A stretch of 62,523 nucleotides of DNA, the filler included, from Neophaeotheca triangularis (lineage: Eukaryota), in the NCBI GenBank assembly GCA_054600435.1. It is 8 parts of 8 records of this genome, joined end to end, with 100 filler letters (N's around TTAATTAATTAA, not from the genome) between each part and the next. Parts side by side here need not be neighbours in the genome. Positions count along the whole stretch, not along the records: positions 1 to 13,450 come from BAAIJX010000123.1; 7 more parts are not named here. The stretch is one strand, 5' to 3'. This document shows, piece after piece, positions 1-9,829 of this stretch. Below the pieces are notes generated by a model. That model searched no databases and had not been told where the DNA came from. It saw only the letters and a list, made by a program, of their open reading frames with translations. The position numbers and the translations under genes are program-made. The first letter of the stretch is position 1. The number at the start of each line of letters is the position of its first letter.

Positions 1-121
1 TAACCCTAACCCTAACCCTAACCCTAACCCTAACCCTAACCCTAACCCTAACCCTAACCCTAACCCTAACCCTAACCCTAACCCTAACCCTAACCCTAAC
101 CCTAACCCTAACCCTAACCCT
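1..121 (-). repeat. Telomeric repeat (TAACCC)n, chromosome end of contig 1
   Basis: 20 perfect TAACCC units at the contig start; canonical filamentous-fungal TTAGGG telomere. Confidence 0.97.
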
Positions 122-122
122 G

Positions 123-1700
123 AAGTACTCTAAAACTATCTCTAAATTTCTAGAGCTTCTAGCTCTAAATATCTACTTACTTAGTAGTAGTCCTTTAAGA
201 GGTAGAGCTTTAACTCTTATTAAATTTAGAAATAGTCCTCTAGGAACTCTTAGGAATCTATTCTATGATTCTAGTACTAGTTTACTAGCCTTAGAGACTA
301 CTAATTTATCTAAAGAAAGAGATACTAGTCTTATTAGTAACTCTAATATTAGATTCTTACCTTTAAGACTTAGTACGGCTATAATCTACTATATTACTAT
401 AGTTATACCTTTTATAGAATATCTTTCTATTAGGTATCTAGCTAAAGATACCCTAGAATATAATCTTTTTAGTACTAGTATTACTAAGATTATTAGTAGT
501 ACTACTCTATCTACTATCTTAAAGGATTATAAAACTAAGTACTTAAGAGTTAGTTTAGGAATTAAGAGCTATAGACATCTTATTACTTATATTATTAAGG
601 AGAGAATAGTAAAGGATAATATAGAGTTACTAAGTCCTAGTAATAAAAGAGATATAATTAGTAAACGCTCTAAAGAAGTATCTATAGAAGACATATTAGG
701 AGGACATACTAATAGTATAGCTAATCGATATTATGCTAGAGAGAGAAACTATTTTAGTAATAGGACTAGTAATATTACTAAAAGGAGTCTAGACTTTACT
801 AAGCTCTACTTTAACTTCTTTAATATAGCTAGAGATAAGGCTATTAAAGATATTATAAGAGATAATCTAGATAATTATAACTCTAATTCTAGTAACTCTA
901 GTCTATATAGTAATAAGTCTAAAAGACTCTATACTAAAGTAAAGACTAGAGCTAGTCTAAAAGAAAGAGAAACTAGAGCTAGTCTAAGAAGAAATTCTTC
1001 TAGAGATCGTAGATCTAGTTCTAACTCTAGCTTAGATTCTAGCTCTATAGATATAGACTCTAAGGAAGAGAACCTAATGGCTACTAATATTATAGATCTA
1101 AGATCTAATTCTAGTACTAATAGTAGCTATAATCCTACTAGATCTAAAACTAAAGAAAGATCTATCTCTAGATCTAAGAAAGAAAATAGACTAGAGACTA
1201 AGAAGCTTAAAGAGCTAGAAAATACTATAATAAGCCCTTCTAAAAATACACTAATAGAAGGCTATCTTAATAATATTAATAAGGATAACCCTAAAGATAC
1301 TAGTAAGGGTAGAGATATAGACTTAGATCTAGATTTAGATCTAGGTTCTTTCTTTACTATAAAGAGTAGTAAAGAAGATAGTATAGAAGTATCTAGCTCT
1401 AATAAAGAGCTAGATAATAGATCTCTAAATCTAGAGAGTAACTTTAATAGATTTAGATTAGGATCTAGTATAGGAGGGCCTACTAGTAGTATAAAAGGGC
1501 CTAGTATAGTAGGATCTAAAAGATCTTGTAATAATAGAAATAGTAGCTCTAGTAGAGATCTAAGTCTAGAAAATAGAATAGAAGATAACTTTACTAATAT
1601 AGAGGATAATCTTTCTAATACTAAGACTAAAGAGAAAAAGAAAGGAGGTAGACCTAAAAAGATTAAAACAGGAAAAAAGGGAAAGCCTAGAAAGGAGTAA
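123..1700 (+). CDS. 5'-truncated 525-codon open frame: tyrosine-recombinase-like domain (resembling the region N-terminal to the helicase in fungal telomere-linked RecQ helicases) plus Ser/Arg/Asn-rich tail and basic GRP end
   Basis: Hand translation is stop-free from 123 to TAA 1698-1700, in frame with ORF 1077..1700: FLELLALNIYLLSSSPLRGRALTLIKFRNS..RNLFYD..IRFLPLRLSTAIIYY..LGIKSYRHLITYI..LGGHTNSIANRYYARE. This fits the YR pattern R(198-200)..RH(573-578)..GH(702-707)..Y(729-734). No ATG before 1077; the frame runs into the telomere. Family call is from motif recall. Confidence 0.7.
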   Translation, partial: KYSKTISKFLELLALNIYLLSSSPLRGRALTLIKFRNSPLGTLRNLFYDSSTSLLALETTNLSKERDTSLISNSNIRFLPLRLSTAIIYYITIVIPFIEYLSIRYLAKDTLEYNLFSTSITKIISSTTLSTILKDYKTKYLRVSLGIKSYRHLITYIIKERIVKDNIELLSPSNKRDIISKRSKEVSIEDILGGHTNSIANRYYARERNYFSNRTSNITKRSLDFTKLYFNFFNIARDKAIKDIIRDNLDNYNSNSSNSSLYSNKSKRLYTKVKTRASLKERETRASLRRNSSRDRRSSSNSSLDSSSIDIDSKEENLMATNIIDLRSNSSTNSSYNPTRSKTKERSISRSKKENRLETKKLKELENTIISPSKNTLIEGYLNNINKDNPKDTSKGRDIDLDLDLDLGSFFTIKSSKEDSIEVSSSNKELDNRSLNLESNFNRFRLGSSIGGPTSSIKGPSIVGSKRSCNNRNSSSSRDLSLENRIEDNFTNIEDNLSNTKTKEKKKGGRPKKIKTGKKGKPRKE

Positions 1701-2039
1701 TAATCTTTTCTAGTCTTAGATTACTTTATACTACTATATTTTAATATTCTTACTCTTTACTAATAGTCTTATTGTTCCTTTTTTAATCTAAGTACTTAAC
1801 TTACTATATCCTAATACTATAAATTCCTAGTAATGATAAATCTTAACTCTAACTCTAACCCTAATTTATAGAATTACTAAGTCTTAGTTTTACTTAAAAG
1901 AGTATAGATTTAGGGAGGGATACTTCTTAAGAGTAAAGCCTATATTAGTAAAAGATATAGAAGTACTAAGCTTTTAAGATTACTTTATAGTATAAGGTAA
2001 TTCTAATATATAGAGAATACTAAAGTAAGTAGGGAAGTT

Positions 2040-3620
2040 AAGATATATATAAAGCTATAGATTTATTAGATTATAACTAGTAGTCTCTAAAGACACTATT
2101 AGGTCTAGTAAAGTCTACTAAGCTAGCTAGAAGTCCCTAGAAACTTCCTAGTACCTTTACTAATACTAAATTTCTAGAGTCTATAGTAAGTTCTTAGTCG
2201 ATTTATATAGAGGGCTATAGATTTACGACACCTTAGCTAGTAGTTTCTATAGTTACTTTTAGGTCTAGTAAAGCCTATAACACTAGCTAGAAGTCCCTAG
2301 AAACTTCCTAGTACCTTTACTAGCCCTAAATGTTTAGAGCCTATAGTAAGTTCTAAGTTAATCTATATAGAGAGCTATAGATTTACGACAACTTAGCTAG
2401 TAGATTCTATAGATACTTTTAGGTCTAGTAAAGCCTATAAAACTAGCTAGAAGTCCCTAGAAACTTCCTAGTATCTTTACTAGCCCTAACTATCTAGAGT
2501 CTATAGTAAGTTCTTAGTTAATTTATATAGAGGGCTATAGATTTACGACACCTTAGCTAGTAGTTTCTATAGATACCCTTAGGTCTATTAAAGTCTATAA
2601 AACTAGCTAGAAGTCCCTAGAAACTTCCTAGTACCTTTACTAATACTAAATTTCTAGAGTCTATAGTAAGTTCTTAGTCGATTTATGTAGAGGGCTATAG
2701 ATTTATAACACCTTAGCTAGTAGTTTCTATAGATACCTTTAGGTCTAGTAAAGCCTATAAAACTAGCTAGAAGTCCCTAGAAACTTCCTACTACCTTTAC
2801 TAATTCTTACTATTCTAGCTCTATAGTAAGTTCCTAGTCAATTTATATAGAGAGCTATAGATTTACGACACCTTAGCTAGTAGTTTCTCTAGATACCTTT
2901 AGGTCTATTAAAGTCTATAAAACTAGGTAGAAGTCTCTAGAAACTTCCTACTACCTTTACTAATTCTTATTCTCTTAGGTTTATAGTAAGCTCTTAGTCG
3001 ATTTATATAGAGAGCTATAGATTTACGACACCTTAGCTAGTAGTTTCTATAGATACTTTTAGGTCTAGTAAAGCCTATAAAACTAGCTAGAAGTCTCTAG
3101 AAACTTCCTACTACCTTTACTAATTCTTATTATTCTAGCTTAACCCTAAGTTCTTAGTCGATTTATATAGAGAGCTATAGATTTACTAGAGCTTAGCTAG
3201 TAGTTTCTATAGATCTTCTTAGGTATAGTAAAGTCTATAAAGCTAGCTAGAGCTCCCTAGAAACTTTATAGTACTTTTACTAATTCTAAATACTAAGTGT
3301 CTATAGTAAGCTCTAAGTCGATTTATATAGAAAGCTATAGATTTACTAGACCTTAACTAGTAGTTTCTATAGGTCTCTATAGATATACTAAAGCCTATAA
3401 AACTATCTAGAAGTCTATAGAAACTTCCTAATATCTTTAATATCTAATTCTTCCTATAACCCTCTTATAAAAAGTATTACTAGGATTTATAGAGAGTTCT
3501 ATAGATTAACGTTAGACCCTAGCTCATTTTCTATAGACTCTATAAACCCTATAGATCCTAGGAAAACTAACTAGAAGTCCTAGAAAACTTCCTAGCTCTT
3601 ATAAAAACTAATTCTCTAAA
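2040..3620. repeat. Subtelomeric tandem array, 160-bp unit, about 10 copies
   Basis: AAGTCCCTAGAAACTTCCTA or a close variant recurs at 2131, 2291, 2451, 2611, 2771, 2931, 3091, 3251, 3411 (exact 160-bp period); terminal copies are more degenerate. Confidence 0.95.
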
Positions 3621-3665
3621 TTTTGCCGGTAAAACAGAGTTATACCATTAGAGTGGTTATACTAG

Positions 3666-4016
3666 ATTTCGACATCCGTTCTACGCCAGAAGACCCTCGC
3701 TATTGCCATCTCCTCGTCATCCGCCTGCAACACTTTCTGGTCTTTTGTCTCCCCATACATTTTCAATCCGGACTACGGTAACCTTCGGGCGAGGATTGGT
3801 TTCGTCTTTGGTGCCTGCATGCTGATCTTTTTCGTGCTCGGCTTCTTGTACGTACCCGAGACGCGCCGCCGGACGTACGAGGAGTTGGATGAGTTGTTCA
3901 TGAGCCATGTCAAAGCGCGCGACTTCAAGAAGACCGTCACAGTTGCCGAAACCCGAGCCAACGAGGCTTACGGTCTTTCTGAAATCAAAAAGGATGACAG
4001 GAATGATTCGGTTTGA
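3666..4016 (+). pseudogene. 3' remnant of an MFS sugar porter (alpha-glucoside permease type), 5' part missing
   Basis: Frame of ORF 3819 extends to 3666: ISTSVLRQKTLAIA..SPYIFNPDYGNLRARIGFVFG..VPETRRRTYEELDELF; the upstream sequence is the AT-rich array. Confidence 0.85.
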
Positions 4017-4192
4017 TTTGGAGGACCGTAGAATGTTAGTACTCTACTTCAAACTCGACCACTGTCTACAGATGCCAAGTGTACAGCTTTCCCCACCTAT
4101 TCTTACCTAAACTTTCGGAAAGCACCTAACTACCAAGTGAAGCACCTACTAGATAGACCTTATCAACATGTTTGTATCGCATCGCTATCATC

Positions 4193-4747
4193 ATGTCTCT
4201 TTACAACGTAGACCCTAAGCCAGTAACGGAGCCAAACGACACTGAAGTCAACGAATGGGCAAGGACGCCGCCTGAAACCGTCGCGGACGACCTGCTCGGC
4301 GCCGAAGATCCCCTTGGTGATTCCATCCGCTCGACTTCGGTTCCCTGGCCAGGCTCAACCTTCATCCTGCGCTGCATTACTACCGGTCGCTTGCTCACTC
4401 TCCTCGATGGAAGCATCATCCTCGCCTCGCCGGGAAGCGGGGGCTCGTATCATTGGGAGTGCATAGAACACAAAGGCTGGCTGGCTTTCCGAAGCCGCAT
4501 TTCAGGTCGCTTTCTGGGGCATAACAAGAATGGGCGGCTCGTGTGCACGGCGGACAAGCAGCAAGGGTGGGAGAACTTCACGGTCCGCCCGACGCCAGAG
4601 GGGAGCTATCTCTTGTTCATGACACATCACGAGAGGTTGTGGAGGGTGGGCTTGAAGCTGGAAGAGGGCGGGGTGGAGAAGCTCTTCAAGATGAACGCTG
4701 CTGACGCGAGGGAAGCGGCGATTGAGTGGGACTTCATCAAGGCGTAA
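4193..4747 (+). CDS. Uncharacterised fungal protein (184 aa), possible beta-trefoil-like repeats
   Basis: Intact ORF from ATG 4193; WPGSTFILR..HWECIEHKGWLAFRSRISGRFLGH..WENFTVRP; fold is a guess. Confidence 0.7.
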   Translation: MSLYNVDPKPVTEPNDTEVNEWARTPPETVADDLLGAEDPLGDSIRSTSVPWPGSTFILRCITTGRLLTLLDGSIILASPGSGGSYHWECIEHKGWLAFRSRISGRFLGHNKNGRLVCTADKQQGWENFTVRPTPEGSYLLFMTHHERLWRVGLKLEEGGVEKLFKMNAADAREAAIEWDFIKA

Positions 4748-4948
4748 AATAAGCTGCGAACTGTCTCGGTCATGGGACGAGACGAGCATTAGTGCTATCA
4801 TGGAGGGGCCTTGAAGAGGAACGAGATCACGACATTACGACACGATGCAGCATTGAGAGCGGTTGTGATCAACAAAACAAAGTTACTCGTGATCTATCTT
4901 GTGTTCGGAAGGGCATTGCTGTGGCTCGGAAACCCACGAAATCACACT

Positions 4949-6670
4949 TCAAGCAATGGCGTACACCCTTCCCTCGTACGGTGCCAGTGTCTGCCTGCTT
5001 CCACCCTTCAATGTGCCAATGAGCAGCTCCGCAGAGCTGTATTCGCTGGACAAGCCATTAGCCTGTCTTTGGCTGGTGAAGTTCAACACCACAATAACCT
5101 TCTGATCTTGGTATTTCTTGGAATAGGTGAAAGTGTTCTGGTTCTCGGAGTCGAGACACTGAAAGTCGCCGAAGACGAACGTGTCGAGATACTTCTTGCG
5201 AATCTGGAGCAGCAACTTCCAGAAAGCCAACACGGAACTGGGGTCACCTTCCTGGGCAGCGGCGTTGATCTCGCGATAGCTGTCGTTAGCTCGCATCCAT
5301 GGCTTAGCTTTGGAGAAGCCTCCATTTTCTGAAGAGTCCCACTGCATAGGGACTCGGGCGTGGTCACGGGCAAGGTATTGCAAAGCCTCCTTTGCACCCT
5401 GAAGTGCAGCCGGGTCACCATTGGTGTTGCGCTTGACCATGTTGTAGTAGTTTGAGGAGTCGAGGTCTTTGTACTCGTCCATGGACCACGAGAGAGGCAT
5501 GTTGATCATGCCAATCTCCTGACCTTGGTACAGGTAGAGTGTACCCGACAACGTCACCAGCATCAATGCCAGCATTTTGGCTGATATTTCACGAAACTCG
5601 TGGGAATCGTTTCCAAAGCGGGATACCGCCCTAGCCTGGTCGTGGTTCTCGAGGAACGAGGTAGACCATGAGTCGGTTCCTGACATGATGCTCTGAGTCC
5701 TCGATACTGCCGATTTGAATTCTGGCAAGGTCCAGTTGAACGGGGTGGTCTGAAACTTAAATTGGCCAATGCCGACATCAACAATGTCGAATTGGAACAC
5801 CATGTTCAGGGCTTTCTCGCTTGCGCTGACGTACTTCTGCACCCTAGCCATGTCCGGGGTATTGGGACATTCTCCAACCGTCATAGCATCGTATTTGCTC
5901 AAGACAGCGTTCATCTCGGCGAGGAATTCGAACATCCTTGGGCCGTTGCAGTACTGCATCCCGGCAAATTGCGTGGCCTCTCCGGGTTGTGTGACAGGAG
6001 CATCGATCAAGTCCCCCTTGCTGTACATGTTCACGGTATCCACGCGGAATCCGTCAACGCCTCGCCGGAGCCAGAACTCCATGGCCTCCTCATAGATCGC
6101 GGCTCTGGTCTCCTCATTCTCCCAGTTCAGGTCTGGTTGCTCGGGTGCGAAGAGGTTCAGATAGTACTCTTGAGTCTGCTCGTCCCAAGTCCACGCCGGT
6201 CCAGTGAAGTTGCTCCTCCAGTTGTTGGGTGGATGGCGATTGCCATCCTCGTCGTACTTTGCTGGACGCCAGATGTACCAGTCCCTTTTGGCATTCTGGG
6301 TAGAGCTTCGAGACTCTTTGAACCACTTGTGCTGATCCGAAGTGTGGTTGATGACCAGATCGAAGATGATCTTCATGCCGCGGTCGTGTGTCTCGGAGAT
6401 GAGCCTTTCGCAATCCTCAAGTGTGCCGTAGGGAGGGTAGACGCTTTGATAGTCGGAGATGTCGTATCCCATGTCAATCTGGGGTGAATCATAGTGAGGA
6501 CAGGTCCAGATAATATCGACGCCCAGTGATTGAATGTAGTCGAGTTTCTGAATGATACCTTCCAGATCACCAATTCCATCGTTATTGGAGTCGTTGTAGC
6601 TTGCAGGGTAGATCTGGTAGACAACGCCCGATTTCCACCACGGGGCGTGTTCGAACGTTCTACCGGGCAT
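4949..6670 (-). CDS. GH13 alpha-glucosidase (maltase / oligo-1,6-glucosidase family)
   Basis: WWKSGVVYQIYPASY, DMGYDISDY, DLVINHTS, catalytic GFRVDTVN / TVGEC / ENHD, YLYQGQEIGM; intronless 573 aa. Confidence 0.97.
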   Translation of the reverse strand: MPGRTFEHAPWWKSGVVYQIYPASYNDSNNDGIGDLEGIIQKLDYIQSLGVDIIWTCPHYDSPQIDMGYDISDYQSVYPPYGTLEDCERLISETHDRGMKIIFDLVINHTSDQHKWFKESRSSTQNAKRDWYIWRPAKYDEDGNRHPPNNWRSNFTGPAWTWDEQTQEYYLNLFAPEQPDLNWENEETRAAIYEEAMEFWLRRGVDGFRVDTVNMYSKGDLIDAPVTQPGEATQFAGMQYCNGPRMFEFLAEMNAVLSKYDAMTVGECPNTPDMARVQKYVSASEKALNMVFQFDIVDVGIGQFKFQTTPFNWTLPEFKSAVSRTQSIMSGTDSWSTSFLENHDQARAVSRFGNDSHEFREISAKMLALMLVTLSGTLYLYQGQEIGMINMPLSWSMDEYKDLDSSNYYNMVKRNTNGDPAALQGAKEALQYLARDHARVPMQWDSSENGGFSKAKPWMRANDSYREINAAAQEGDPSSVLAFWKLLLQIRKKYLDTFVFGDFQCLDSENQNTFTYSKKYQDQKVIVVLNFTSQRQANGLSSEYSSAELLIGTLKGGSRQTLAPYEGRVYAIA

Positions 6671-7734
6671 TTTCGAGGTTGCGCGCTGCGAGTGTAGGGA
6701 GGATATAGAGAAGACGAAGGATTTCTGTCGTAGAAACGAGAAGAGTGTTGCAAACGGAGGAGCATGAAGCGCAGAGGAGCCGACTTAAATGTAAAAGGGC
6801 TGACAGCCATCATCTCATAGTCGACATTGACCCATATTGGATCATGTTGCACAAGGGACTCTCAGTCCCAGAATGCTCTTGATTCGTTGCCCTCCTCATC
6901 CAGGTCGACGTGAGTAGCTGGACGGAGTCTCTTTACCCACGAATTGGCCCAACATCGATCCGGTATCATTGGGGATGATCTCGCCTGAATTCTCGGGGCT
7001 TTCACTCTGCCTCAATTGGTCAGATATCGGTCCGGAGCCTTGACAAGATGCACATGGATGCCGCCGATAATGGTGAGATTTAGACTCGGAAACTTGCACA
7101 CGTGCTGCCCATGGGGTTATGGGGCAGAATCTGCGGGGTGTGCATGGACGTTGGAGGTAGTCGATAGGTACCTCAACAGCTTGCAAACTCTTTCTCCTTT
7201 CCTATACGTCCATTGTCGGTCCGGCACCGATTACCGCTGCACTTTTGCACAAGACTCATTACATATTCGGCCCGGCTTTCACGGAACAAACCAACTCTTG
7301 TGTGAAGTTGTGTTTGACTTTGGACAGTGGCAGCGGACTACTGAGAACAACTTGTTGGCTTGCCCCGAGCCCTCGACTGTTCGGACCATCGTGGCGTCGC
7401 GTCTTGCCATTTCTCCATTGGACCACAACCGGTCCGACAAGACACTTTCTTGTGGCGTGCATTGTTGGTGAGGCATATCCTTCTTGGAATCGCTGGCTTG
7501 TCCGAGATTGTATCGCCATTCTCGCTACTGTTCGAAGGGCTTTCTTGCATTGAGACCATGGACACCCTACTTCCAGGACCAAGGCACTTTGAAGGATATA
7601 ATAAGACCGTCCTATCCTCCAATTGACAGACCTGCACATCGCCATCGCATCTCTTCCTCCGGCATCTAAGCTCCTCAAGTCGACCTTGAACCTACTCACC
7701 CCACGACTCCTCCGCCTTGTCTATCCCAGCGACC
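6671..7734. promoter_or_regulatory. Bidirectional promoter between maltase and permease
   Basis: Divergent gene arrangement as in yeast and Aspergillus MAL clusters; CreA-type SYGGRG site GCGGGG at 7133-7138; several CGG/CCG triplets; TATA-like TATATAA near 7596. Confidence 0.6.
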
Positions 7735-9534
7735 ATGTCTTCCAAGCAGGATGACAACCAGCACAATGCTATTGAAACACCACGCGCAGTGAGTCTGTTC
7801 GACAACTTCTACGCCCAGATTCCCGATGCTGACAGTAGCCTAGGACTCCGTCGCATTCGAAGACGCTCAGGCCGCAGCCGCGACCAACGCAGAACACAAT
7901 GCCGGTCTTTTGGCAAACCTGAAAAAGTTCCCGCACGCGGTCGGGTGGTCCGTCCTGCTCTCGGCTACGATCATCATGGAAGGCTTCGACATAGTCCTGA
8001 TCAACAGTCTCCTAGCTGTGCCCGCATTCCAACGAGCATTTGGGGAACAAATGCCAGACGGCAGCTGGGAAATCACAGCTGCATGGCAGGCCGGTCTTAC
8101 GAACGGAGCTTTGGCTGGACAAGTCATGGGCCTTTTCCTCAACGGAATCATTGCGGACAGATATGGCTTCCGAAAGACGATGATTGGGGCCTTGATGGCC
8201 ACCACGGCTTTCATCTTCATCGTTTTTTTCACCCAAAGCTTGCCTCAGCTCCTGGTCGGTCTCTTTCTCTGCGGAATCCCGTGGGGTGTCTTTCAAACCT
8301 TGACCGGAACCTACGCCGCTGAAGTCTGCCCTACGAATCTGCGATCTTACCTGACCTCTTACGTGAATATGAAGTAAGTCGTCAGGATTCATTAGTACGG
8401 CGACAGGCTCTAACACTCTAGAAGTTGGGTCATAGGGCAATTTCTTGCTTCTGCCGTGCTCCAAGGCGTTGGAGAACGCACCGACCAATGGGCCTACCGC
8501 ATCCCTTATGCTCTCCAATGGATGTTCCCTGTCCCACTCATCATCGGCATCTATCTCGCCCCGGAAAGCCCATGGTGGCTGGTTCGCAAAGGACGACTCG
8601 AAGATGCCAAAAAAGTCCTGGTGAGGCTGGCTGCGAAGAACTCGCCCACCCAGGACTTGGACAACATGGTTCAAATGATGGAGCAAACAAACGAGTACGA
8701 AAAGACTTTGAACGAGGGTACCTCCTACTTCAACTGCTTCAAGGGCGCTGATCTTCGACGCACGGAGATTGTTTGCGCGGTCTGGCTAGTCCAGACGCTG
8801 TGCGGCTCTACTTTCATGGGATACTCAACGTACTTCTATCAGCAAGCTGGATTGGACGTCAGCGCATCCTTCAGCATGTCGCTTGGGCAGTATGCGCTGG
8901 GTCTCATTGGTGTTGTAGTATCTTGGTTTTTGATGCCGCACTTTGGACGACGCACCCTGTATGTGTACGGACAGGCTTCGGTAAGCTCTACCATATGGCC
9001 CCTACGCCAACTCCAGTGCTAACTTTCGACCAGCTATGCTGCTTGTTACTCATTATCGGCTTCGTCGGCATTCCTGCAAGGCAAGACAACGACACCGCCC
9101 GGTGGGTGATCGGCTCAATGCTCTTGATTTTCACCTTTGTCTACGACGCAACTGTGGGACCCGTCTGCTATTCACTCGTCACCGAGTTGCCTTCGACAAG
9201 GCTTCGCCAAAAGACAGTTGTCCTTGCTCGCAACGCCTACAACATCGCTTCGATCGTTACGAACGTCCTGACCACTCAGCAACTCAATCCCGGAGCCTGG
9301 AATTGGGGTCCGTACAGCGCCTTCTTCTGGGCAGGGACTGGCGCCGTAATGTTCGTCTGGTCCTTTTTCCGTCTGCCCGAGCCCAAGAACAGGACTTATG
9401 GCGAGCTTGACGTGCTTTTCAATCTGAAGGTCCCGGCTCGCAGATTTGCTCAGACCAACGTGAACGTCGAGACGCATGGTGTTGTGGAAAACGGGGTTGA
9501 GAAAGGCGAGACTGTGTTTGTGGAGAAGTGCTAA
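7735..9534 (+). CDS. Maltose / alpha-glucoside:H+ symporter (sugar porter family), 4 exons
   Basis: Introns 7789-7843, 8374-8421 (or 8424), 8981-9033 join ORFs 7910, 8456 and 8773; motifs IIMEGFD, DRYGFRK, YAAEVCP, PESPWWL, GPVCYSLVTELPSTRLRQKT, LPEPKNRTYGELD. Confidence 0.95.
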
Positions 9535-9829
9535 GACCAGGCAACTTCGTAGGGCTCGAAGAGGAGATCTGAATTCGAAATAGATAGTTAGCTTTGTTTC
9601 CCAATCTGCAAGACGTCCATTTGCCAAAGAATATTGCTGTTCTTGCGCCTTGCAATTGGGTGTCGTGACCGACTGACCGTGGTATATGCCTTGTCCTAGC
9701 TCCTCCACGTGTATATATAATATCGCCGAGTCAAATAAATGCGGGGCTCCCATCAACTGGCTTGTGGATGCACACTGCTCCTTTCCGTCTATTCTGCTGA
9801 ATACTTCGTCAAAGATCCGTCTCCAGTCA

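Noticed and set aside
1077..1700. Stand-alone 207-aa gene starting at ATG 1077
   Set aside because: It is the low-complexity tail of a frame open from 123; the conserved motifs lie upstream
2040..3620. CRISPR-like array
   Set aside because: Whole units repeat with no unique spacers; eukaryotic context and no cas genes
123..3620. Complete telomere-linked RecQ helicase (TLH) gene
   Set aside because: No Walker A or DEAH motifs follow the YR-like region; the frame ends at 1700
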